From Pristiophorus japonicus (lineage: Eukaryota): DNA of 64,000 nt. Below are positions 26,759-37,247 of the stretch, one piece after another. Location of the stretch: contig NW_027254672.1 in assembly GCF_044704955.1 (NCBI RefSeq), positions 1-64,000 on the forward strand, read 5' to 3'. The stretch's first letter is position 1. Every line of letters begins with the position of its first letter. Under the pieces are notes generated by a model, which worked only from the letters and a program-made list of their open reading frames with translations, had not been told where the DNA came from and did not search any database. Position numbers and translations under genes: made by a program.

Positions 26759-27084
26759 GAGTAGTTATCCAGTCTCCAGGCCTGGAACGTGTCACAGAGG
26801 GTCACACGGCGCGGTTACAGTGCACCATGCGGCACTCCAGAGTGAGTGACACCGAAGTCCACTGGTACCGGCAACTACCGGGGCAAGATATGGAGTGGGT
26901 TTTAACACATGAGGCAAGTGGCAGCACACGAGGGAGCCCAGGTTCCACTGACCGTCTCCAGCCTTCCAGAGACACCTCCAATAACAGCTTCATTCTGACA
27001 GTCACAAATGTGCAGCCCAGTGACACTGCCGCCTATTACTGTAAAGTGTGGGGAGATATCAGTGGGAGCAGCTCAATGTAACCA
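26759..27084 (+). pseudogene. VJ-type Ig V-domain exon 2 of receptor gene A (7-nt deletion in the J strand)
   Basis: Acceptor ccttaaag, donor gtaagt at 27085. Reads GVVIQSPGLERVTEGHTARLQCTM..VHWYRQLPG..FILTVTNVQPSDTAAYYCKVWGDISGS. Relative to the 62 kb copy it lacks GGAACCC, so GSGTQLNVT becomes GSSSM* (TAA 27079). It also lacks 12 nt (PVLT) near the start. Confidence 0.92.
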
Positions 27085-27226
27085 GTAAGTACAGTTCACA
27101 TTGTAATAATATTATATCTGCGTCTGACATCACCTTGTGGATCAGGGCTGGTAAAGGTCCAATATTTGATGGCAAATATCTTATTCTGTTAGTCCAGTCC
27201 CTTACATGTCCCTCTCACTTTCACAG

Positions 27227-27361
27227 ATCCTAATGTCCAAATGGATGAAGACCTGAGGATTGTCTGGATCAGTGTGGGGGCTGTGCTGGGACTTACTCTC
27301 ATTGCTGGAGTTGCTCTTGTCTTCTGTATCAGACAGGCATGGTTCGGGAAACTGCAATCCT
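27227..27361 (+). pseudogene. Stalk/transmembrane exon of receptor gene A
   Basis: Pyrimidine-rich acceptor ctttcacag 142 nt after the VJ2 donor, phase 1. Reads NPNVQMDEDLR-IVWISVGAVLGLTLIAGVALVFCI-RQAWFGKLQS: an uncharged 24-aa hydrophobic helix followed by a basic residue. The donor is uncertain: T|GTACGT at 27362 fits the next exon's phase; CAG|GCATGG at 27337 is an alternative. Confidence 0.82.
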
Positions 27362-27879
27362 GTACGTTTAAATAAATATTTCACGGTAACTACCACATCT
27401 GGATCAGCTGCCCATAGTCATTGAAGGGATAAGAACAGAAAATACTGGAAATACTCTGCAGATCAGCAGCAACTGTGCAGCGAGAAACAGAGTTAACGTT
27501 TCAGGATGATGACCTTTTGTCAGAACTGGAAGGGGTTAGAGATGGACAGTTTTTAAGCAAGTACACAGCCAGGGAAAGATGGGCATTCATAGGTGCTGAG
27601 TATTTCCAGCGTTTTCTGTTTTTATTTCAGATTTCCAGCATGCTTAGTATTTTTCTATTGTTTGAGTCATTGAAAGGTGAGAGTATTAGTGAATTCAAGA
27701 GGGAGCTGAGTAGATTCTTTTGGTGAAAGAAGTGTTTTGGGCTATGGACGACAGTACAGTTTGGGTTTTTGTGAACTTTGGGACCACCCAATGGACTGCA
27801 ATGGACTTTCCCCAACCTCCATGTTTGCGTGTTCCTATCTACACTCGGTGTTGGTGACATTCTGTGATTTCCTTTACAG

Positions 27880-27953
27880 CCCCGTCTGTCCACACTGCTA
27901 CTACATTGCCAGCACGCGATTATAAAAATACCTCTCTTCCCGGACGCTCACAA
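27880..27953 (+). pseudogene. Cytoplasmic exon 1 of receptor gene A (Tyr motif DYKN)
   Basis: Acceptor tttcctttacag, donor gtgagt at 27954. Phase 1-0 reading is xPSVHTATTLPARDYKNTSLPGRSQ. Confidence 0.65.
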
Positions 27954-28639
27954 GTGAGTCGAGTTGGTTGGCCCAGTGCCAGCCTTTTGTTAATGTTCTG
28001 GAGTATTTAAAGCATTAGGGCCTAGAAATTCGATGACTTTGAATCCATTTTACAGGCATAAAACGGGCGCCAAAATGTCCAGTGTAGTGGTCAAGCAGCA
28101 CGTGTACATTCCACGTTGGGTGTGCGCCGCCCACCATATTGGTATAGGCATCAAAAGAGGCATCCAAGGCCCACGTCTGAAACAGCCATTAGTCCTTTGC
28201 ATTTGCAAATCAGGGGCCGAGTGCCTGGTTGATGCTTCCTTTACCAAACTGGTTTGCCTGAACACAGCTGGCACCAGGCCGGCTACATTCAAGAAAACCA
28301 GGTTTTCCTGCGGCCTAACCAGCGCCCCTCAATGGAGCCGCTGGAGGCCACCAGCAAAAGGGCAAGTTTAAAATAAATGCTTTCATGAATGTGGAGCCGA
28401 CAGGTGCAGGAGTGCCCACCCACCTACCTGTCCAGATTCCCCCCTCTCCCGGGCACATCCCCTTCTCCCGAGACCTATACCTGATGCAGTAACCACAAAT
28501 TCAAATACTCTTCAACGCCGTGCTGCCTGGGGAGATCCGAGCAGGTGTCTGCAGCTCGTCGGTTTGGTGTAAATGAGAAGCCCGATATTGGGTGAGCTTT
28601 GGGCCTGTCCGTTCCAGCACAGAGATCGTTCTCTAGACT

Positions 28640-28895
28640 TGAATGTGGAGGCTCAGTCGTTGAGTATGTTCAAGACAGAGATCGATAGATTTTTGGATAT
28701 TAAGGCAATCGAGGGATATGGGGATAGTGCGGGAAAGTGGAGTCGAGGTACAAGATCAGCAATGATCTTACTGAATGGCGGAGCAGGCTCGAGGGGCCAA
28801 ATGGCCGACTCCTGTACCTAATTCTTATGTTCTTATGTTGAACACACGACCTTCTGATTCAGAGATGAGAGTGCTACCAACTGAGCCAAGACAGA
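28640..28895. mobile_element. CR1 3' tail (+) and tRNA-SINE head (-)
   Basis: GAATGGCGGAGCAGGCTCGAGGGGCC...TTCTTATGTT tail, followed by a reverse tRNA-like head. Confidence 0.65.
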
Positions 28896-28982
28896 CACCT
28901 TAGATTGTTGAGAGACACTAAAGTACCAAATATGCTGTTGCCTAAAGTGACCTATCTGGATTTCTTGCTTTCCTTTTTTCAG

Positions 28983-29321
28983 TTTTCCCAGAAGCCCAAG
29001 GAGTTGAGATCTGCCAACAGAGAAGCATGTACCTCCAGAAAATACCAAACTAGACGCTTCATTTCAGGACAAAGCAAGACTGAACAAGTGCTTGAGAAAC
29101 ACCAGCATTGCCGAGAACTGAAGGATCAGCAACTTCAACCAACACAATGGACTCACCAGCATCAGTCGGCACCAAGAGGTCACCAGCACCAATCATCACT
29201 GAGGCGCTTTTTACCCTTTAAGAATTTAGCACCACCAACCAGCAACAAGACTTTATTGGCACCGACTGGTTCTGAACTCTATGCAAACCAAAGACAGATT
29301 AAACCTCATCTCTCCAAGGAG
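28983..29321 (+). pseudogene. Cytoplasmic exon 2 of receptor gene A (Tyr motif ELYAN)
   Basis: Strong acceptor ttgctttccttttttcag; phase 0 matches the previous exon. Open for 113 codons (FSQKPKELRS...TGSELYANQRQIKPHLSKE), followed by donor GAG|GTAACT at 29322, or read-through to the stop at 29345. Non-repetitive sequence. Confidence 0.6.
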
Positions 29322-29624
29322 GTAACTATCAGGCCGGTAACATAGGACTCCCTTCATACAGAGAACTCCCAATTCCCACCACTGCATTGGTCCAAATACA
29401 CAGAACTATTTGTTGGGAACGTGGTCTCAATATACAAGCTCTGCAGATCCTGACCAGAGTAGAGCCCTTACTCTGCATCCTGCATACAACACTTCTGCTG
29501 GCTTGAGGTTTTTCATGCCCACATCCCTTTAGACCATAGTGTCAACATCTTACCTTAAAAGGAAACCCAATGAAGCCCTTATACAGTACACTAGTTGAAA
29601 CACTGAGTTTTTCCAATTCGAGTC

Positions 29625-30805
29625 ATAGAATAGTTAAAGCGCAGGAGGCCATTCGGCCCATTGAGCCTGTGCTGGCTCTCTGGAAGAGCACTTAAGCTCG
29701 TCCCACACAGCCGCCCGTTCCCTGTAGCCCTGCAATTTTTTTTCCTTCAGGTCCTTATCCAATTCCCTTTTGAAAGCCATAACTGAATCTGCCTCCACCC
29801 CCCTTTCAGGCAGCGCATTCCATATCCCAACCACTCGCTGCGTAAAAAAGCTTTCCCTCATGTTGCCTTTGGTTCTTTTGCCAATCACCTTAAATCTGTG
29901 TCCTCTGATTCTCAGCGCTCCCGTCTGCGTTGCAGCCCTTGGAACAGCGGTAGGTATGAAGACCTGCAAAAAAGGTAAGTTACAGTTTTTATTTTTAAAT
30001 TATTTTCGATAGCTAAGTATCTTGTGATTTTTTTTATTCTTTTGCAATTTTTGGGGGTGTTTTCCACCCTCCCTAGGCCCAACTCGTAGCGGTATCGGCC
30101 TCGGAGGAAAGTTGCAGCAAATTTGCGATTTGCGCCACGAATCCTTGTGCAACGCCGATTTTTACCCCTGGGCGCATTTTATCCTGAATGTTAGGCCTCG
30201 TAGCAGTAGCAGAGTCATAGCGGTATTAAAACAAAATTGAATTTCTAACCCTTAGAGTATTGCGTACAGTTCTGGTCGTCATATCATAACAAGGAAATAA
30301 AGAGGCACTGGAGAGGGTGCAGAGAAGATTTACAAGGATGATACCAGAAATGCAAGGTATACCTATCAAGAATGAATGAACAGATTAGGTCTCTTTTCTC
30401 TTGAAAAACTTCGGCTGAGGGGTAGTCTCAGAGGGCTTTAAATTTATGAACGGTTTTGATAGAGTGGATAGAGAATGTTTCCACTTGTGGGTAAGAGCAT
30501 AACTAGAGGCCATCAATATAAGATAGCCATCAAGAAATCCAATAGGGAATTCAAAAGAAATTTATTTACCGAGAGAATGGTGAGAATGTGGAACTCGCTA
30601 CCACAGGGAGTGGTTGAAACGAATAGTATCGATGTATTTAAGGGGAGGCCAGACAATATGAGGGAGAAGGGAATAGAGGGTAATATTGATAAATTTAGAT
30701 GAGGAAGGATGGGAGGAAGCTCGAGTGGAGCATAAACGCTGGCATGGACTGGTTGGGCCAAATGGCCTGTTTCTGTGCCATATATCCGATGTAATCCTAT
30801 GTCAT
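29625..30805. mobile_element. CR1 3' fragments (-, 29625-29912; +, 30255-30805) separated by a Harbinger-like end
   Basis: FTQRVV.IWN.LP motifs; GAATTTCTAACCC|TTA terminus at ~30251. Confidence 0.7.
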
Positions 30806-30921
30806 GTCTTTATGGGGGCAACATCAGCAGCTATCACAACTGCCCTTGGACAGGGTTTATTTTGAGCAGGTAGAACACATGCTGTTTTAAGTGAAACAAG
30901 CAGAATATATGTGCTTTGTAG

Positions 30922-31269
30922 GTGAAAAAGCAGAATCCATTTTAAAAGCCTCTCTCACTCACCTGACAGACTAGGGCTCAGCTGCAGGCTTATTACACCC
31001 TGCATCGGGCACCAAGCTCTACAGCATCTGCTATATTCGCAGTGACGTTCAGGCCCAAGGATCAGGTGCATGTGAGCCACCTCAGGCTTCAGAGGAGTGA
31101 TGGAGCAGATATTGCCATTCCATCTATGGCCCACGGAGAAAGCTGCCTGTACCAATCTGTAGCCATGTGGAGAAGTATCACGGCAAATATCAGAGAGAGT
31201 TACTCTCTTCATTTCAGAAGCCTGTCTCACAGATTAGATCACACCACCCATTGCAGAGTTCTCCGATGA
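30922..31269 (+). pseudogene. Possible terminal cytoplasmic exon of receptor gene A
   Basis: Acceptor tgctttgtag, phase 0: VKKQNPF*KPLSLT*QTRAQLQAYYTL...GESCLYQSV...ESYSL...VLR*. It is either a 7-codon terminal exon or a longer Tyr-containing exon with two nonsense mutations. Confidence 0.3.
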
Positions 31270-31511
31270 GACAGACAAGCTACATGGACTCAGTTAATGG
31301 ATTCAGTCTGATTCCAAACATTTGTTTTAAATTACAGAAATCAAGTGATCTTCAAGCGGATTCCAACTCGACATACATGGTAACTATATCAAATATAGTA
31401 ATTCAAACTAAGTTAGTGATTGATGCCAATATAGCAATTCATGTCAATATAATGAGTTAAGCCAAATCAAACCAACCCTTCAGAATAAAATGATAATGGA
31501 TTGCATCTACC

Positions 31512-32252
31512 TTGGTCTTACTGCAGGAGAAGGGTCCACAGCCAGCGAGGGAATGGAAGACCAGCAGGAAGAGTAGTGCAAGGAAGGTAGTGCAGGGGTC
31601 CCCTGTGGTCATCCCACTGCAAAACAGATACACTGCTTTGAGTACTGTTGAGGGGGATGACTCATCAGGGGAGGGCAGCAGCAGCCAAGTTCATGGCACC
31701 GTGGCTGGCTCTGTTGCACAGGAGGGCAGGAAAAAGAGTGGAAGAGCGATAGTGATAGGGGATTCAATTGTAAGGGGAATAGATAGGCGTTTCTGCGGCC
31801 GCAACCGAGACTCCAGGATGGTATGTTGCCTCCCTGGTGCAAGGGTCAAGGATGTCTCGGAGCGGGTGGAGGACATTCTAAAAAGGGAGGGAGAACAGCC
31901 AGTTGTCGTGGTGCACGTTGGTACCAATGACATAGGTAAAAAAAGGGATGAGTTCCTACGAAATGAATTTAAGGAGCTAGGAGCTAAATTAAAAAGTAGG
32001 ACCTCAAAAGTAGTAATCTCGGGATTGCTACCAGTGCCACGTGCTAGTCAGAGTAGGAATCGCAGGATAGCTCAGATGAATACGTGGCTTGAGCAATGGT
32101 GCAGCAGGGAGGGATTCAAATTCCTGGGGCATTGGAACCGGTTCTGGGGGAGGTGGGACCAGTACAATCCGGACGGTCTGCACCTGGGCAGAATCGGAAC
32201 CAATGTCCTCGGGGGAGTGTTTGCTAGTGCTGTTGGGGAGGAGTTAAACTAA
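31512..32252 (+). CDS. CR1 ORF1 C-terminal SGNH/GDSL esterase domain (5' part missing)
   Basis: Motifs IGDSIVRG, CCLPGARV, HVGTND and DGLHL. The first few codons come from flanking DNA. Confidence 0.88.
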   Translation: MVLLQEKGPQPAREWKTSRKSSARKVVQGSPVVIPLQNRYTALSTVEGDDSSGEGSSSQVHGTVAGSVAQEGRKKSGRAIVIGDSIVRGIDRRFCGRNRDSRMVCCLPGARVKDVSERVEDILKREGEQPVVVVHVGTNDIGKKRDEFLRNEFKELGAKLKSRTSKVVISGLLPVPRASQSRNRRIAQMNTWLEQWCSREGFKFLGHWNRFWGRWDQYNPDGLHLGRIGTNVLGGVFASAVGEELN

Positions 32253-35200
32253 TATGGCAGGGGGATGGGAACCAATGCAGGGAGATAGAGGGAAACAAAA
32301 AGGAGGCAAAAACAAAAGACAGAAAGGAGATGAGGAAAAGTGGAGGGCAGAGAAACCCAAGGCAAAGAACAAAAAGGGCCATTGTACAGCAAAATTCTAA
32401 AAGGACAGAGGGTGTTAAAAAAACAAGCCTAAAGGCTTTGTGTCTTAATGCAAGGAGTATCCGCAATAAGGTGGATGAATTAACTGTGCAAATAGATGTT
32501 AACAAATATGATGTGATTGGGATTACGGAGACGTGGCTCCAGGATGAGCAGGGCTGGGAACTCAACATCCAGGGGTATTCAACATTCAGGAAGGATAGAA
32601 TAAAAGGAAAAGGAGGTGGGGTAGCATTGCTGGTTAAGGAGGAGATTAAGGCAATAGTTAGGAAGGACATTAGCTTGGATGATGTGGAATCTATATGGGT
32701 AGAGCTGCAGAACACCAAAGGGCAAAAATCGTTAGTGGGAGTTGTGTACAGACCTCCAAACAGTAGTAGTGATGTTGGGGAGGGCATCAAACAGGAAATT
32801 AGGGGTGCGTGCAATAAAGGTGCAGCAGTTATAATGGGTGACTTTAATATGCACATAGATTGGGCTAACCAAACTGGAAGCAATACGGTGGAGGAGGATT
32901 TTCTGGAGTGCATAAGGGATGGTTTTTTAGACCAATATGTCGAGGAACCAACTAGGGGGGAGGCCATCTTAGACTGGGTGTTATGTAATGAGAAAGGATT
33001 AATTAGCAATCTCGTTGTGCGAGGCCCCTTGGGGAAGAGTGACCATAATATGGTGGAATTCTGCATTAGGATGGAGAATGAAACAGTTAATTCAGAGACC
33101 ATGGTCCAGAACTTAAAGGCTAACTTTGAAGGTATGAGGCGTGAATTGGCTGAGATGGATTGGCGAATGATACTTAAGGGGTTGACTGTGGATGGGCAAT
33201 GGCAGACATTTAGAGACCGCATGGATGAACTACAACAATTGTACATTCCTGTCTGGCATAGAAATAAAAAAGGGAAGGTGGCTCAACCGTGGCTATCAAG
33301 GGAAATCAGGGATAGTATTAAAGCCAAGGAAGTGGCATACAAATTGGCCAGAAATAGCAGCGAACCTGGGGACTGGGAGAAATTTAGAACTCAGCAGAGG
33401 AGGACAAAGGGTTTGATTAGGGCAGGGAAAATGGAGTATGAGAAGAAGCTTGCAGGGAACATTAAGACGGATTGCAAAAGTTTCTATAGATATGTAAAGA
33501 GAAAAAGGTTAGTAAAGACAAATGTAGGTCCCCTGCAGTCAGAATCAGGGGAAGTCATAACGGGGAACAAAGAAATGGCGGACCAATTGAACAAGTACTT
33601 TGGTTCGGTATTCACGAAGGAGGACACGAACAACCTTCCGGTTATAAAAGGGGTCGGGGGGTCTAGTAAGGAGGAGGAACTGAGGGAAATCCTTATTAGC
33701 CGGGAAATTGTGTTGGGGAAATTGATGGGATTGAAGGCCGATAAATCCCCAGGGCCTGATGGACTGCATCCCAGAGTACTTAAGGAGGTGGCCTTGGAAA
33801 TAGTGGATGCGTTGACAGTCATTTTCCAACATTCCATTGACTCTGGATCAGTTCCTATGGAGTGGAGGGTAGCCAATGTAACCCCACTTTTTAAAAAAGG
33901 AGGGAGAGAGAAAACAGGGAATTATAGACCGGTCAGCCTGACATCGGTAGTGGGTAAAATGATGGAATCAATTATTAAGGATGTCATAGCAGTGCATTTG
34001 GAAAGAGGTGACATGATAGGTCCAAGTCAGCATGGATTTGTGAAAGGGAAATCATGCTTGACAAATCTTCTGGAATTTTTTGAGGATGTTTCCAGTAGAG
34101 TGGATAAGGGAGAACCAGTTGATGTGGTATATTTGGACTTTCAGAAGGCGTTCGACAAGGTCCCACACAAGAGATTGATGTGCAAAGTTAGAGCACATGG
34201 GATTGGGGGTAGTGTACTGACATGGATTGAGAACTGGTTGTCAGACAGGAAGCAAAGAGTAGGAGTAAATGGGTACTTTTCAGAATGGCAGGCAGTGACT
34301 AGTGGGGTACCGCAAGGTTCTGTGCTGGGGCCCCAGCTGTTTACACTGTACATTAATGATTTAGATGAGGGGATTAAATGTAGTATCTCCAAATTTGCGG
34401 ATGACACTAAGTTGGGTGGCAGTGTGAGCTGCGAGGAGGATGCTGTGAGGCTGCAGAGCGACTTGGATAGGTTAGGTGAGTGGGCAAATGCATGGCAGAT
34501 GAAGTATAATGTGGATAAATGTGAGGTTATCCACTTTGGTGGTAAAAACAGAGAGACAGACTATTATCTGAATGGTGACAGATTAGGAAAAGGGGAGGTG
34601 CAAAGAGACCTGGGTGTCATGGTACATCAGTCATTGAAGGTTGGCATGCAGGTGCAGCAGGCGGTTAAGAAAGCAAATGGCATGTTGGCCTTCATAGCAA
34701 GGGGATTTGAGTACAGGGGCAGGGAGGTGTTGCTACAGTTGTACAGGGCATTGGTGAGGCCACACCTGGAGTATTGTGTACAGTTTTGGTCTCCTAACCT
34801 GAGGAAGGACATTCTTGCTATTGAGGGAGTGCAGCGAAGGTTCACCAGACTGATTCCCGGGATGGCGGGACTGACCTATCAAGAAAGACTGGATCAACTG
34901 GGCTTGTATTCACTGGAGTTCAGAAGAATGAGAGGGGACCTCATAGAAACATATAAAATTCTGACGGGGTTAGACAGGTTAGATGCAGGAAGAATGTTCC
35001 CAATGTTGGGGAAGTCCAGAACCAGGGGTCACAGTCTAAGGATAAGGGGTAAGCCATTTAGGACCGAGATGCGGAGGAACTTCTTCACCCAGAGAGTGGT
35101 GAACCTGTGGAATTCTCTACCACAGAAAGTTGTTGAGGCCAATTCACTAAATATATTCAAAAAGGAGTTAGATGAGGTCCTTACTGCTAGGGGGATCAAG

Positions 35201-35334
35201 GGGTATGGCGAGAAAGCAGGAATGGGGTACTGAAGTTGAATGTTCAGCCATGAACTCATTGAATGGCGGTGCAGGCTAGAAGGGCCGAATGGCCTACTCC
35301 TGCACCTATTTTCTATGTTTCTATGTTTCTATGT
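31522..35334 (+). mobile_element. Young, near-full-length CR1 LINE (5'-truncated within ORF1)
   Basis: Esterase ORF1 remnant plus uninterrupted EN-RT ORF2, and a 3' tail of (TTTCTATG)n. Confidence 0.95.
32330..35233 (+). CDS. CR1 ORF2: APE endonuclease + reverse transcriptase, intact 967 aa
   Basis: Motifs [57 protein letters not shown] and FADD, with no stops. Confidence 0.97.
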   Translation: MRKSGGQRNPRQRTKRAIVQQNSKRTEGVKKTSLKALCLNARSIRNKVDELTVQIDVNKYDVIGITETWLQDEQGWELNIQGYSTFRKDRIKGKGGGVALLVKEEIKAIVRKDISLDDVESIWVELQNTKGQKSLVGVVYRPPNSSSDVGEGIKQEIRGACNKGAAVIMGDFNMHIDWANQTGSNTVEEDFLECIRDGFLDQYVEEPTRGEAILDWVLCNEKGLISNLVVRGPLGKSDHNMVEFCIRMENETVNSETMVQNLKANFEGMRRELAEMDWRMILKGLTVDGQWQTFRDRMDELQQLYIPVWHRNKKGKVAQPWLSREIRDSIKAKEVAYKLARNSSEPGDWEKFRTQQRRTKGLIRAGKMEYEKKLAGNIKTDCKSFYRYVKRKRLVKTNVGPLQSESGEVITGNKEMADQLNKYFGSVFTKEDTNNLPVIKGVGGSSKEEELREILISREIVLGKLMGLKADKSPGPDGLHPRVLKEVALEIVDALTVIFQHSIDSGSVPMEWRVANVTPLFKKGGREKTGNYRPVSLTSVVGKMMESIIKDVIAVHLERGDMIGPSQHGFVKGKSCLTNLLEFFEDVSSRVDKGEPVDVVYLDFQKAFDKVPHKRLMCKVRAHGIGGSVLTWIENWLSDRKQRVGVNGYFSEWQAVTSGVPQGSVLGPQLFTLYINDLDEGIKCSISKFADDTKLGGSVSCEEDAVRLQSDLDRLGEWANAWQMKYNVDKCEVIHFGGKNRETDYYLNGDRLGKGEVQRDLGVMVHQSLKVGMQVQQAVKKANGMLAFIARGFEYRGREVLLQLYRALVRPHLEYCVQFWSPNLRKDILAIEGVQRRFTRLIPGMAGLTYQERLDQLGLYSLEFRRMRGDLIETYKILTGLDRLDAGRMFPMLGKSRTRGHSLRIRGKPFRTEMRRNFFTQRVVNLWNSLPQKVVEANSLNIFKKELDEVLTARGIKGYGEKAGMGY

Positions 35335-35369
35335 TTTGTTTCAGAATTTTGATCCAGTCTTAAGTCAGT

Positions 35370-35825
35370 ACAAAAATAACCCTGTCGACAATCAAACCTG
35401 GAAAAGCTGTTGGTCCAGATGGTGTTTATCCCGAATTCTTAAAAGCACTGGGACCCAAAGCGAAGAGATGGTTGATCTCCTTCTCTGAGGTACTGGCAAC
35501 CGGTAAAATTCCACTGGTTTGGAGGGAGACTAAATTAATTGCCCTCCTGAAGCAGGGGAAGAACACTTGTGAAGCCTCCAGCTACTGCCCAATCTCCTTC
35601 CTCTGTACTAGTTATAAAGTGCTGGAGAGGCTGTCCATCACCGAAGTGACCCTTACCAGTTGTTTACAGAGAATGGAGGCTTACTTCCACCGATGGCAAC
35701 TTCGGACAAATCAAGAGACTGACATCTCCTCATTCCACCTCAACACCCATCAAGTCTCCTTTTGCAGCACTGAGGTAAACCATGCCCAAAACCCTCCTAT
35801 TTAGGAGTCAAGCTTGATCGCATTC
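35370..35825 (+). mobile_element. Old non-LTR RT fragment (Ingi/Vingi-like)
   Basis: IPLVWRETKLIALLKQGK..SYCPISFLCTSYKVLERL, SFHLN, then (Y)LGVKLDR. Confidence 0.55.
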
Positions 35826-35839
35826 GGTCAGTAATTACA

Positions 35840-36602
35840 TAAATAAATAAAATCTGGAATAAAAAGCTAATGTCAGTAATGGTCACCATGAAACTCCATG
35901 ATTGTCGTAAAAACCTAAACTAATGTCCTTTCGGGAAGGAAATCTGCCGCCCTTACCCGGTCTAGCCTATATGTGACTCCAGTCCCACAGCAATATGGTT
36001 AACTCTTAACTAGGCTCTAAAAACAGTAATAATAATAAAACCGGACAGACCACCCAGCATCTACCTCAGCACCAGCTTCAGACACGACAAAGGAATACCC
36101 AGCCCAGCCAACCCTGCAAAGTCCTTCTCACTAACATCTGGGAACTTGTGCCAAAATTGGGAGAGCTGTCCCACATACTAGTCAAGCAACAACCTGACAG
36201 TTATACTCACGGAATCAAATCTATCAGCCAATGTCCCAGGCTCCTCCATCACCACCTCTGGGTATGTCTTGTCCCACCGGCAGGATAGAACCACTTGTGG
36301 TGATGGCATAGTGGTATACAGTTGGGAGGGAGTGGCCCTGGGAGTCCTCAACATTGACTAAGGACCTCATGAAGTCTCATGGTTTCAGGTCAAGCATGGG
36401 CAAGGAAACCTCCTGCTGATTACCACCGACTGCCCTCCCTCAGCTGATGAATCAGTACTCTTGAATATTGAACACCATTTGGAATAAGCACTGAGAGCAG
36501 CAAGGGCAGAGAATGTACTCTGGGTGGGGAACTCCAATGTCCATCACCAAGAGTGGCTCGGTAGCACCACTACTGACCAAGCTGCCCCAGTCCTGAAGGA
36601 TA
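35840..36602 (+). mobile_element. LF-SINE-like segment followed by a LINE endonuclease fragment
   Basis: AATAAAATCTGGAAT..GTAATGGTCACCATGAAAC..GATTGTCGTAAAAACC..GGAAGGAAATCTGCC, then NIWELVPKLGELSH..PD.VILTES..GYVLSHRQDR. Family assignment from memory. Confidence 0.5.
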
Positions 36603-37247
36603 TTAAATTATTATTTAAATGGGGAGAGATTACAAAATGCTGCGGTACAGAGGGATCTGTGGGTCCTTGTACATGAAACACAAAAGGTTATAGCATGCAG
36701 GTACAGCAAATAATTAGGAAGGCAAATGGAATGTTGGCCTTTATTGCAAAATGGATGGACTATAACAGTAAGGAAGTCCTGCTACAACTGTACAGGGTGT
36801 TGGTAAGACCACGCCTGGAGTACTGCGTACAGATTTGCTCTCCTTATTTAAGAAAGGACATACTTGCATTGGAGGCAGTTCAAAGAAGGTTCACGAGGTT
36901 GATTCCTGAGATGAAGGGATTGTCACATGAAGAAAGGTCGAGCAGGTTGGGGAATAATGAGGGAAATAGAATGGACACAGTTGAGGGCCATGTTAACCAT
37001 GATAGAGGGGCATCCATGGTTGAGGAAAAAGGAAGAAATAAAGGATCCAAAAAATCTCAGATGTAGGAAGCAAAGTGTATTAATGGCCAATGGGTGTTTT
37101 TGTGACTGGAAGGCTGTTTCCAGTGGAGCACCGCAAGGCTCAGTACTCAGTCCCTTGCTTTTTGTGGTATATGTCAATGATTTGGACTTTAATGTAGGGG
37201 GTATGATTAAGAAGTTTGCAGATGATACAAAAATTGGCAGTGTGGTT
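36603..37247 (+). mobile_element. CR1 RT fragments
   Basis: ORFs 36695-37066 and 36927-37310; the second continues after the Gypsy element at 41806. Confidence 0.8.

Noticed and set aside
18876-27084. Rearranging TCR-gamma or Ig light-chain locus
   Set aside because: No RSS, no separate J segments and no C1 exon; the V splices to a TM exon.
28840-28895. tRNA gene
   Set aside because: SINE head fragment with no complete cloverleaf.
28018-30251. A single Harbinger element capturing the cytoplasmic exon (similar TIR-like ends)
   Set aside because: The ends are imperfectly matched and a nearer degenerate partner exists at ~28638; probably separate non-autonomous elements.
32224-33246. 340-aa antisense ORF and similar ORFs opposite CR1 copies
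   Set aside because: Antisense shadow of CR1 ORF2.
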